From Verrucomicrobiota bacterium (GTDB lineage: Bacteria; Verrucomicrobiota; Verrucomicrobiia; Limisphaerales; AAA164-E04): DNA of 64,000 bases. The notes under the pieces were generated by a model, which ran no database searches, was not told the origin of the DNA, and worked only from the letters and a program-made list of their open reading frames with translations. The stretch is taken from contig CP170459.1 in NCBI GenBank assembly GCA_047947115.1, forward strand, positions 2,912,001-2,976,000. Direction: 5' to 3'. The position numbers and the translations under genes are program-made. Position 1 is the first letter of the stretch. Every line of letters begins with the position of its first letter. This document shows, in pieces, positions 22,434-32,200 of the stretch.

Positions 22434-22745
22434 TCAGTCCGATTCGCGATTGAGTCGAACGATCTCTTCCAGCAGGTTGATGTAATCCTCAAACGAGCGT
22501 ATGCCTTCTTTGGTGAGGCGGTAGCTGGTGTGAGGTCGATTGTTGACAAATGTCTTGGAAACCACGACGTAGCCTGCCTGTTGCAGGGTGCGTATGTGGA
22601 CACTGAGATTGCCATCCGTCATGCCAAGCATTTCTTTGAGCTCCCTGAACGACATTTCGGAGCTGGATGCCAGGATGGACATGATGGCCATGCGCCCCTT
22701 TTCGTGGATAACCTTGTCCAGTTGGTTGAACGTCTCTGTTTTCAT
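22434..22745 (-). CDS. winged-helix transcriptional regulator (MarR/ArsR-like, HTH_34 type)
   Basis: LDKVIHEKGRMAIMS, TDGNLSVH, L..AGYV, TSYRLT..G. Confidence 0.88.
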   Translation of the reverse strand: MKTETFNQLDKVIHEKGRMAIMSILASSSEMSFRELKEMLGMTDGNLSVHIRTLQQAGYVVVSKTFVNNRPHTSYRLTKEGIRSFEDYINLLEEIVRLNRESD

Positions 22746-23380
22746 GGTTGGTTGGTTGGTTGGGGTTCGGTCAAAAACAAATAGATTCCGTAAAACAAAT
22801 GCAGGATTCCGAAGGATGCTCCCATGACGATGTGGGCATGAACAATGCGGGGAAGGGAGCCTTCAACGGATTCCTTGGTGAAATGATAAATGGAAATGAC
22901 TCCACACAAAACGAATAGAGTGCCGAACAACTTGATCCCCCGATGCATGAAAAAGCCCGCCGAGAACAAAGCACAACCGTAGAACATCATCCATAGCGGA
23001 GGCACTTTCCACAGGAACGTTTTGTCCAGTTCAGACATGCTCATGCCCAGAAAACCGATCATCCCTCCGGCAAACAAAGCCGGGCAAAGCGCCTGAAACA
23101 CTCTGCGTGTCGGGGGGGACCACATCGGTTCCTCGTCCTTCCATGCCTGGCGGCGTATCAGAAGAAATGAAAACAACAGCGCAATGACACCCGTGACCAT
23201 CCACAACAAGCAGAATCCGGAGCCCGTTTCCACAGGAAAAGTCCACCCGATCAAACCAGCGAGAATACCAATCGCCCCGGTCCCGGTCATCGTCGGAGCC
23301 AGGGCACGACGATACAACGCCGAACGCTCCATCAAGGTTCGAATCTCAGCAAGTCGCTGTGCTGCCCAGTTGGCATCCAT
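22742..23380 (-). CDS. hypothetical integral membrane protein (about 6 TM), coupled to the wHTH gene
   Basis: L.EIR.LMERS N-terminus, hydrophobic helices, FGILH..YG C-terminus; 4-bp overlap with the regulator gene. Confidence 0.75.
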   Translation of the reverse strand: MDANWAAQRLAEIRTLMERSALYRRALAPTMTGTGAIGILAGLIGWTFPVETGSGFCLLWMVTGVIALLFSFLLIRRQAWKDEEPMWSPPTRRVFQALCPALFAGGMIGFLGMSMSELDKTFLWKVPPLWMMFYGCALFSAGFFMHRGIKLFGTLFVLCGVISIYHFTKESVEGSLPRIVHAHIVMGASFGILHLFYGIYLFLTEPQPTNQP

Positions 23381-23392
23381 AAGACCTGTATA

Positions 23393-23407
23393 CTTTGCGT
23401 TACAAAG
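23393..23407. promoter_or_regulatory. putative operator CTTTG-N5-CAAAG, with a degenerate second copy at 22376-22392
   Basis: perfect 5-bp inverted arms 12 bp upstream of ATG 23380; 12/17 match upstream of ispH. Confidence 0.55.
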
Positions 23408-23496
23408 CAATAGATGTCAAATGTGATCTTTTCTGAGACCTTTCCATTACAAGCCCAGGCGTCACGGTTCGATCATTGACATGGTAAAGGAATGGT

Positions 23497-24108
23497 TCAG
23501 TCCTTTTTGATCGCTCTCATGGCCTTGACGAGATCGTCCAGGGGGGGGCGCTTGTTGATGTCGTGGATGTCGATCCATTGTATGATGCCTTTTTTATCGA
23601 TAAGAAAGAGGGCGCGTTCGGAGACTCCGCTTCTTCGAAGAATGCCATAGTTTCCTGCCACTTCTCCGTGGGGATAAAAGTCTGATAGCACTTCAAACCA
23701 CAACCCTCCCATTTCTTTTGTCCACGCATGCAGAGTGGGGATGTTGTCCACAGTGATGCCAATGAGGATGGTGTCTGTTTCATCGAAGTATTCTTTGGCT
23801 AAATGATACCCTGGCCACTGAGCCGAACAGACCGGGGTCCATGCCGCGGGAACGAACGAGAGGACAACATTCTTTTTTTCACGGTATTGGGAGAGGGTTG
23901 TTTTCCCACCCTTCAGGGAAGGAAGTGTGAAGTTGGGCGCGGGTGTGTGGATGGCGACTTTCAGCTTGCTGTCGGTCGGTTTCAGGATTCCTGGATCGTA
24001 AATATTGTCTTGGTTTACCTGGCCGGTGGCAAGATGGGGCAGACAAATGAAAAGCGTGCTGAGGCAAGCGAGCGGAATGAGGCGGTGGATGGTGGAGTTT
24101 TCGTTCAT
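23497..24108 (-). CDS. exported AhpC/TSA-family peroxiredoxin (AhpE-like)
   Basis: signal peptide; APNFTL, FVPAAWTPVCS (P-x-x-x-T-x-x-C), LSDFYPHG, SERA. Confidence 0.85.
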   Translation of the reverse strand: MNENSTIHRLIPLACLSTLFICLPHLATGQVNQDNIYDPGILKPTDSKLKVAIHTPAPNFTLPSLKGGKTTLSQYREKKNVVLSFVPAAWTPVCSAQWPGYHLAKEYFDETDTILIGITVDNIPTLHAWTKEMGGLWFEVLSDFYPHGEVAGNYGILRRSGVSERALFLIDKKGIIQWIDIHDINKRPPLDDLVKAMRAIKKD

Positions 24109-24114
24109 GGCGGG

Positions 24115-24726
24115 TTATTCCATCTGTTGAGTGGTCAGCGACAAAACCAAACCGGTGAATAGGTCAACGTCTTCTTTTGAAAAGTAGCCGATTTTCTGTT
24201 GGATGATTTGATAATCCTTTCCGTCTTTTTTCAGGATCATGACATGTGGTGTGTGCGTCACCGGAATTGCCTGGGCGAACAAGGCCGAAGGGTCGGGAAG
24301 CAGGGGAAAGGCTACTTGGAGATTTCGTCGAAAAGTGTCTGTTTCCAGTGCGGTGTTTTCTTTACCTATCCCCATCATGCATACCCATGCATTGAATGGA
24401 GGCCCACTTAGATTGGAGTGCAGGATGTTCAGGTTTTCCGCCGATGATTGGCAGATGTGGCAGTAAAAATCAAAGACCTCCACGACGAGTATCCTGCAGT
24501 CCATCTGGTTGACTTGGAAGTGTGCTGCTTCCTTCAGGTGGGTCAAACCCAGTTGTGTTCGATCTGTCGGGTTGTCCGGCAGGGGAATGGGGATGTTACC
24601 AATGGGCACCGAGTTCAGTGAGTTCGGAATTTGGCTGGTCGGAGTGGTTTCGCATGCGGACAGCAGGAGGAGCATGGCTGTGCATGTCGATAGCAAACTT
24701 GCCGGTTTTTTGTTGATAACGGTCAT
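24115..24726 (-). CDS. thioredoxin-fold (TlpA/redoxin-like) lipoprotein
   Basis: lipobox LSAC; FDFYCHIC; FPLLPDP, THTP. Confidence 0.7.
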   Translation of the reverse strand: MTVINKKPASLLSTCTAMLLLLSACETTPTSQIPNSLNSVPIGNIPIPLPDNPTDRTQLGLTHLKEAAHFQVNQMDCRILVVEVFDFYCHICQSSAENLNILHSNLSGPPFNAWVCMMGIGKENTALETDTFRRNLQVAFPLLPDPSALFAQAIPVTHTPHVMILKKDGKDYQIIQQKIGYFSKEDVDLFTGLVLSLTTQQME

Positions 24727-24728
24727 GG

Positions 24729-26050
24729 CTAACTGATTGGGAGGAAGGTGCCTGTCCTTCCTCCCTGGAATGTTTCTTCCGCGTAGAATCTCCAATTTAA
24801 TGAGAAATCGAGCCCATTCTCACGGAGATCAGATGTCATGGTGGTTGGTCGTCCGAACAGAGCGGTGCCGGATTCCACGATTTCGTTTTCAAATGCATGC
24901 ATGTAAGCCAGGCTTGCTCCAAACTTCTGGGTGAATTGATAGGTCAACCCCAAGGTTAAATGATGCTCCACAACTGCCGGGAAACCTGTGATACGAAACG
25001 TTTCGTAGTAATAGTTGGGGATATTTTTTCCTTGGACATTTGTGAATCCGGGCGCCCAGTTGGAATGTTTTTTGAGAGGGCTTGCTCCGTAGTTGTATCC
25101 GGCGGACACGTAGCATTTGTCCCGAAGAACGGCGTAGCGGAATCCCAGTCCAACAGTCCATTGATCTTTCCAATCAAAGTCCGAGTAGCCGTCCGCATCG
25201 GACCAATTGATCCATCGGGTGTTGAGTTCCGCAATCAGTCGTCGATCCAGTAATTCAACGGCGACACCCAATCCAATATTGTTCGGAGATTGCAGCTTGA
25301 GGTCGTCCATGGCTCCATCCCCGTCGAAGTCGTTCACATCCTCGTGTTTGATGCCCTGTGGACTGATGTAGGATATTCCAAAGGTGACTCTGTCGGTTGC
25401 TTTGTAAACGAGCCCAGGCTGCATGCCGAAACCAAATCCGGAAGCCATGCCCATTCCCAGGTCGAGCATACCATAACTTGCCTGAAGGCCCAGCCCGACA
25501 GAGAGCTTCTGGTTCACCATGTATGCAATTGATGGTGAAAATTTCATCACCGACAGGTTGGTATATTTCCGGCAACCAGGGGGAAGGCTCCTCCGGGAGT
25601 CACGAAAGCGCCGGGGGCATCAACTGCTGTTCCCTTATAATTGACGCCCATCCCTGAAACGCCATAAGCGGCAAATCCAAAACGCCACTGCTGCGGGTTT
25701 TTGCTGAACGGAACGGAGATGCCGATGGCTGGAATGGGGTAAACGGTTGATTGGCTCTTGGCTGCGAAGGTGCCGTCAGGGTTTGTGATGCGTGTTTTGA
25801 TGGTTGGTATGAAGAGTGTGCCGGAAAAATTGACCTCCGAGGAGGGACAGAAGGATCCGTAGCACATGGAGGCCGGGTTTTGAAAAACGGCGCTGATGGC
25901 GTCCATGGGCAGGGCGATTCCGACCCCTCCCATGGATCTGGAAACGGGGCCGACAGCGATCAAGTTGTCCCCATTGGTAGCCGACAGAGAGGGTGCCAGC
26001 GCTGCCATGCCCGACGCAGCCAGGGCCATGATGTGTTGATAAAGTTTCAT
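24729..26050 (-). pseudogene. FadL/OmpP1-family outer-membrane channel split by a frameshift (pseudogene or assembly error)
   Basis: N-half has a signal peptide and TNGDNLI..GP.SRSMGG, NPA; the frame changes near 25567 into YTNLSVMKFSP; the barrel C-terminus ..SLNWRF is followed by TAC rather than a stop. Confidence 0.8.
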
Positions 26051-26165
26051 GATTTTCCTTTCTTGCTTTCAGGGTTGGTGCGTTCCAGTTTGTCACCTTC
26101 AATTTACCGTCCGGACTGGAACGCGTGTTAAATGTTCAGTGGTTTCATTCGAGGGATTCGAAGAT

Positions 26166-26663
26166 TCATGTGAAAATGATCTGGGCGTCATTGGAAATCT
26201 CGTAAAATTCACCTACTGTCAGCACTTTGTCCACTTCGGGACAAAAATCGTCCATACTCAGATTAAACATGTCCACGGTTGCTTTGCATGCATAGATGGT
26301 TCCACCGGCATCATGGATCATCTCGATGAATTCACTGACCGGAGGGATATCCAGTTTGTCCATTTCCTTTTTCATCATGGAGGTGGCAAAGGCTGACACA
26401 CCGGGGATGGCGCCCATCCAGGTGGGCATGGACATTCCCATGGGAGTTGGAAAGCACAGGGCTGGATTGCCGACAGTGGCGACTTTCAGGTGATCCATCT
26501 TTTTCTTCACGATGGCGTGCAGTCCGAAGAAAGTGAAAAAGAGGGATGCTTCAATCCCTTCCATGCGCGCGCCATTTGCCATGATCAATCCGGGGTACAC
26601 ATTTTCCAGTGAACCTTTGGATACGACGATGGACACTTTTTTCAATTTGGATGTTTCAGACAT
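26166..26663 (-). CDS. DsrE2-like (DsrE/F family) sulfurtransferase
   Basis: IVVSKGSL, IMANGA, LFFTFFGL, IYACKAT, AQIIFT. Confidence 0.85.
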   Translation of the reverse strand: MSETSKLKKVSIVVSKGSLENVYPGLIMANGARMEGIEASLFFTFFGLHAIVKKKMDHLKVATVGNPALCFPTPMGMSMPTWMGAIPGVSAFATSMMKKEMDKLDIPPVSEFIEMIHDAGGTIYACKATVDMFNLSMDDFCPEVDKVLTVGEFYEISNDAQIIFT

Positions 26664-26689
26664 AATGATTTCTCTTTCTCAATAGTTTG

Positions 26690-27004
26690 TTAAACGCAGC
26701 TTGCTGGTTTGGGGTAGCCGGAAATCATCGCTGCGGTTTTGATGGGTTTGTCCGGAAACAATTCGTAGAGCTCTTTGGTTGGGATGTTGCCAACTTTCTT
26801 GATGCGTCTGATGCCTGGAACGACTCCTTTTTCCTTGAAGTCGCGGTCAATGAAATCGATGACCTTCCAATGGGCATCCGTCAGTTCGATGTTCATTTCC
26901 CTGGCAAGGGCGGTTGCGATTTCCTTGTCCCACTGGGAGTGATCGGTCAGGTAACCTTCTTCATCGACGTTGATGGATTTTCCTAAGATATCTTTTGTTG
27001 CCAT
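26690..27004 (-). CDS. TusE/DsrC/DsvC-family sulfur relay protein with one C-terminal Cys
   Basis: VDEEGYL, LTDAHWKVI, LYELFP, GYPKPASCV. Confidence 0.9.
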   Translation of the reverse strand: MATKDILGKSINVDEEGYLTDHSQWDKEIATALAREMNIELTDAHWKVIDFIDRDFKEKGVVPGIRRIKKVGNIPTKELYELFPDKPIKTAAMISGYPKPASCV

Positions 27005-27040
27005 ATTGTTTGTTCTTTCTTTGTTCAGAGTTCAAAAATG

Positions 27041-28303
27041 TTATGCTGCGTTGTGTTGATTGGTTTTGCTTGGGATTTCCTTTCCGAGCCGTGTCATGTG
27101 GGGGGAGATGCCAGGCATGGGACGTGCCGGGAGGAGGATGTTCCAGTAGACCCATCGGAAGGCCATTTTGCCGATGTGATTTAATCGGCTTTCCCTTAAC
27201 AATTTCATCGGGCCGATGCCGGGCAGGGGGAAGGTGCCGGGGACCGGTTCCTGTTCGTAATTGAAGTCCAGCAGGATGGCCTTGTTGTGGCCGGATTCCA
27301 CAAAGCAGTTGGCATGGCCGTCAAAGCGGGCGTTCAACGCTTCATCCTTCATGTAGGAGAGGATGTTTTGAGTGAGGATTTCCGCCTCGAAATGAGTAAC
27401 CGAGCCTGCCTTGGATGTGGGCAGATCGGTGGCATCGCCCAGCACAAAGATGTTGGAATGAGCTTTGGATTGCAGTGTGTGGGCGTCGGTTGGGATGAAA
27501 TTCAATTCATCCCCCAAACCGGAGCGATCCACCATGTCGGAACCCATGTTGGTGGGAACAGTGACCAGCAAATCGTAGTCCACGGATTCATCACCCCAGC
27601 TCAACACGCGTTTGGCATCATGGTCGACCCGGCTGATATTGAAATCCGTCACCACTCGAATGTTCTTATCCTCCAACATGTGCGAGAGCATCTTGGATGC
27701 GGTCGGTTTGGTGAATGCGCTGGATAGTGGGGTGACGTAGGTGATTTCGGTCCTGTTTCTGATGCCTCGTTGTCCCAACCACCAATCTGCAAGAAAGGCA
27801 AATTCCAGTGGAGCAACCGGGCACTTGATGGGCATCTCGGCGATGTGCACCACGAGTTTGCCTCCATTGAAATGCCTCATGGTTTCCGCAAGTTTGCTGG
27901 AGCCTTCGAAGGTGTAAAAATCATGCACGTTTTTACCCCATCCCGGTCCGGTGAGATCTTCCACCTCCTCGGGAGCAGGATGGCACCCTGTTGCAATAAT
28001 CAAAATGTCATAGTTCAGCTCACTGCCGTTTTGCAGCAGCACTTTGTTATGGTCTCCATTCACTCGGTCGATGCCTGCCTGAATGTATTGAACACCTTTG
28101 CCGACGAATTTTTTCTTCGGTTGGACCACATCCGATGGTTCATAAATCCCAAACGGGATGAAGAGAAAACCAGGTTGGTAATAATGATGGGGCTCCTCGT
28201 CCACGATGCTGATGGTCCACTGATTGAGATCGATTTGTTTCCTCAAATGATTGGCCATCATTGTGCCGGCTGTTCCGGCGCCTAAGATTAGAAGATTTTT
28301 CAT
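27041..28303 (-). CDS. sqr: sulfide:quinone oxidoreductase-family flavoprotein
   Basis: ILGAGTAG, YYQPGFLF, IATG, KCPVAPLE, GDATDLPTSKAGS, HANCFVE; adjacent to sulfur carrier genes. Confidence 0.82.
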   Translation of the reverse strand: MKNLLILGAGTAGTMMANHLRKQIDLNQWTISIVDEEPHHYYQPGFLFIPFGIYEPSDVVQPKKKFVGKGVQYIQAGIDRVNGDHNKVLLQNGSELNYDILIIATGCHPAPEEVEDLTGPGWGKNVHDFYTFEGSSKLAETMRHFNGGKLVVHIAEMPIKCPVAPLEFAFLADWWLGQRGIRNRTEITYVTPLSSAFTKPTASKMLSHMLEDKNIRVVTDFNISRVDHDAKRVLSWGDESVDYDLLVTVPTNMGSDMVDRSGLGDELNFIPTDAHTLQSKAHSNIFVLGDATDLPTSKAGSVTHFEAEILTQNILSYMKDEALNARFDGHANCFVESGHNKAILLDFNYEQEPVPGTFPLPGIGPMKLLRESRLNHIGKMAFRWVYWNILLPARPMPGISPHMTRLGKEIPSKTNQHNAA

Positions 28304-28644
28304 AGCTCGGTTCCTTCCGGTTTTAAGTAAGACTTGCGTAAAAATTGGAGCATCTGACCGAAGCGCTCATCGGCAAGGCGATAGAAAACGAACTTATTTT
28401 CCTTCCTCTTGGCGATGACTCCGGCAAGGGACAGAATGCGCAGTTGCTGTGAGATGTTGGACAGTTTTGTCTCGCCTAGAATTTCAGCGATATCGTTCAC
28501 ACAGAATTCGTCCTGTGACAGGATGCACAAGATTCGGAATCTTGATTTGTTCGAAATCAATTGGAACAGATCAATGACTTTGGAGCAGACCACATTGTTT
28601 TGTTCGAACTCTCGTTTGATTTGCGTTCCAAGCGCGTTCATCAT
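28300..28644 (-). CDS. ArsR/SmtB-family repressor, putative persulfide sensor
   Basis: RFRILCIL, NISQQLRIL...VFYRL; Cys20, Cys40, Cys48; 4-bp overlap with sqr. Confidence 0.85.
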   Translation of the reverse strand: MMNALGTQIKREFEQNNVVCSKVIDLFQLISNKSRFRILCILSQDEFCVNDIAEILGETKLSNISQQLRILSLAGVIAKRKENKFVFYRLADERFGQMLQFLRKSYLKPEGTEL

Positions 28645-28652
28645 GTGAAAAC

Positions 28653-28676
28653 TTTAATATTTGTTAAAATGTTAAA
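28653..28676. promoter_or_regulatory. putative ArsR operator
   Basis: TTTAATATTT-GTTA-AAATGTTAAA, a 9/10 inverted repeat 8 bp upstream of the arsR start. Confidence 0.6.
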
Positions 28677-28889
28677 CAACACCTTTATTGTTTTCGCGTT
28701 CGCACATTTTGGCTTTTTGGTATGCAGGCATATGCTTGGGATGGGGAGACATTTTGTTGATGCGAAAAATCCAAAAATCGTAGCGGCGGATTGGAACAGG
28801 CTGAGAATTTTTGAGGAATGTTTGTCTATGTTCGTGCAGTCAGGAAAAAAGTGTTTGCTCTCTATCTTCAAAAACGATGAAATCCGGTT

Positions 28890-29192
28890 ATGTTTTCACA
28901 TGTTGTGATTTTTTGGACGGATCCTGAGCAACCTAATGCGGCTCAGGAATTGATTGACGGGGCAAACAAGTATCTGCGGGATATTCCCGGTGCTTTGCAT
29001 TTCCATGTGGGCCGCATGGCGACCAGTGAGCGTCCGGTGGTGGATCAGTCCTATCAGGTGGCTTTGAACATTGTCTTCGAGGACAAGGCCACCCAGGATG
29101 CTTACCAGGTACACCCTGAGCACGTGAAGTTTGTTGAAGAGGTTTTCAAGCGCGTTTGTAAGCGAGTGGTGATCTACGATTTCGAAGATTAA
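28890..29192 (+). CDS. Dabb-family stress-responsive A/B barrel protein
   Basis: HVVIFW, IPG, F.D....AYQVHPEH, YDF. Confidence 0.88.
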   Translation: MFSHVVIFWTDPEQPNAAQELIDGANKYLRDIPGALHFHVGRMATSERPVVDQSYQVALNIVFEDKATQDAYQVHPEHVKFVEEVFKRVCKRVVIYDFED

Positions 29193-29238
29193 TCGTGATC
29201 GATTTCAGGCCGTTTCGAATCTGCGCGTTCGAGACGGC

Positions 29239-32200
29239 CTAATCCACGAACATGAATCCGTTCAGGTTGAACATCCAACGGCAGGTGTTGGCCAGTCCAT
29301 GCGCGTTGGCGTAAGTTTCCCAACGGTTCATTTCTTCCTGCGTTGGTTTTTGCCCGGTGGCTTCTTCAAAGGCTCTTTGAATCTGACTGCGTGTTTGCGG
29401 GTGCTGCTTTGAAAGTGTTTCCGCCCATGCTTCCGAGAGGGCGATCATGAACGGGTTGTTCAACAAGGCCAGGGACTGATTGGGGGTGAGGGTTTCATTT
29501 CGGCTGCCTACCAGCAGGGACGGATCGGCGCAGTCTAACGTGGTCATGAATGGCTGTTGCTGTGAGCGCACGATGAAACGGTAAATGGATCGTCGATGTG
29601 AAAGGGAATTCATCGGGTCATACAACCGGTATTCGTAGTGAGGCGAATGCTCTGGTTTCTCCAAGACAAAGTCCATGAACGCCGGCCCGCCCATGGTTTG
29701 ATCCAATTTGCCTGCGAGCAGCAGCACCGAATCCCTGAGGGATTCCGCTTCAAGACGGCGCCGGTTCATTTTCCACAGGTATCGGTTTCCCGAATCCAAT
29801 GCGAACTTGGCGGAATCGGTTCGGGAGGTCTGTCGATAAGTGGCGGATGTCAGGATCAGGCGATGGAGTTGCTTGAATGATTGTCCATTGTCCCTGAAGT
29901 AAACCGCCAGCCAGTCCAGGAGTTCAGGGTGGGAAGGTTGACCTCCCATGTGTCCGAAATCGTTGGGTGTGTCACAAATGCCGGTTCCGAAATGATAGTG
30001 CCAAACCCGGTTGACGATCGACCGCCAGGTCAACGGGTGATGCTTGTCCAGGATCCAGCGCGCCAGTGCGACACGCCGTTCGCCTTCCGAATGATCTTTT
30101 GGCAAATTAAATCGGGTGTCCTGACCCATTATGACCGGAATGGTTCCAGGGCCGACTTCCCTGCCGGGTTGGGCAACATCTCCGCGTGCAAGGATGTGGA
30201 TGGGGCGGGGTTTGCCTCCTTCGTTGCCGGTTCCGCGAAAGGCCCCGCTGCCTTTATGGATGGTGCCTGCGTAAACCTTTGATGGCTCGGGGAGTGATGC
30301 CAGATTGGATTCCAGGTTTTGGAGTGTTTGATTCAATTTCTGGAGTCGATACGCCCATTCGGGTTTGGTGGCCTGATTCCAAAGATGGTCTCTCTCTTCC
30401 TTCAACTGTTGGATGCTTTTACCGTCAGGGGCGTTCCGTTCCATATTGACGTAGAGTCCGTCCACCAGATTTGATTTGGCCCATCGCACCGGTGCTTCGA
30501 TGCTGTCTAGGGCCGTAACCATGCTTCCCCGGGCCACGTTCTTCCCATTGGCATCCATGGCCATCAACTCGGCCAAGGCGAAAATGTAGTCGTTCGCGCG
30601 CAGAGCCAGTTTGGTGGCGGTGATTCGGATATAGCGTGTCTTGATTGGAGCCGTGTCGATACGGAGTGGAGCTACCCCTGGATTGGAAATATCTTCCTTG
30701 GTTCTGTCTGCCAGCAACACAACACCTTCTCCAAAGGCTGCCTCAAGTGAAGCCTCAATACGGAACCGCCGGGGGAAACCAAATCCCGCCCCAATGCCAT
30801 TAAACTCATCATCGCAACCTGTCAGCGTGATGGACTGGATGGTCTGTGGTTGGCCGAGATCGATCTGCACCCACTTGATGATGTCCTGCTTTTCGGCTAC
30901 GGCGCTATGATAACCGTAAGCAGCGGGTTTCGAATCTTTGTCGGACTCGAGCTGCCTGATGGCGTTATCCAGAGCGGTCCAGGTCGGTCCTGCCACTTCT
31001 TTGATGGTTGTTGTTATTTCACTAATTTCACCTTTTGCAGCCACGATCTCCTCGGACCACCTTTTCCGCGTTTCGGCAACTTCGGGATTGGCGTCGAATG
31101 TTTTGTCCGCCCGATCCAATGCGGCGAAGACAGCCTGTAATCGGTAGTAATCTTCCATCCGCACAGGGTCGAATTTGTGATGATGGCACCGGGCACATTC
31201 CACGGTGGTACTAACAAAGGTGTTCATGGTGGTGGTCACCATGTCATCCCGGTCGAGGTGGCGTGCGATGCGTCCGTCGAGTTTTGTTTCCGGCACTTCG
31301 GCGTGTCCGATAAAATCCCATGGGCCGGCCGCAATAAATCCCGTTGCGGTAATGCCATCCGGGGTGTTTGGATACAAGACGTCTCCAGCCAGTTGCTCTT
31401 CCACAAAGCGTGAATACGGCTTGTCCTGATTAAAGGAGCGGATGACGTAATCCCGATAAGGCCAGGCATTCATACGCAGCTTGTCCTTGTCGTAGCCGTG
31501 GGTGTCCGCGTAGTGGACCACATCCAGCCAGTGACGTGCCCAACGTTCGCCGTATGCCTGCGATGCCAGAAGTTGGTCGACAAGCTTTTCGTAGGCACCG
31601 GGATCGCTTGATTGTTCGAACGTCTTGATTTCAGCGGGTGTGGGGGGAAGTCCGGTCAGGTCAAAATACAGTCTTCGAATCAAGGTCCGGCGATCCGCCT
31701 CGGGGGAGGGGGAGAGTCCCTCTTCGGTTTGTTTTTGGAAGATGAAATGATCTACCGGATTGCGTGTCCAGTCCATGCTTTCAGCGGAGAGTTCCGGAAT
31801 GGACGGAGAGCGGAGAGGTTTGAGAGACCAATGTTCATATGCTTCTTCGGGGAAGGGGGCCTTTTCCAGTTGAGCCAGTTCCTTCGCGCCTTCTTGGATC
31901 CAATGCTCGATGGCGGCGATTTGTTGTTCAGTCAACGGTTTCTTTTTCTCAGGCGGCATGCGTTCTTCGGGATCTTCGTGGCGCAGTCTGGCTATTAAAG
32001 ATCCCTGCCGAATGTCTCCTGGGATCACAGTGGGACCCGACGAGCCACCCAGTGCCAGTTGTGCGAGAGAGTCGAGTCGGAGGCCGCCTTTTTGAGTTTC
32101 GGGGCCGTGGCAATCGACGCAGGACCGGTCGAAGATCGGTTGAATGGATGCCGCAAAATCTTCATCCGCCCGGATCTCCACTCCTGTGAACAGGATCCAG

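Noticed and set aside
22352..22615. N-terminal extension of the IspH ORF
   Set aside because: It overlaps the wHTH gene in another frame; IspH homology starts at ATG 22351
26166..28303. Dissimilatory sulfur metabolism (Dsr pathway)
   Set aside because: No dsrAB or dsrMKJOP in the window, and the DsrC-like protein lacks the second Cys
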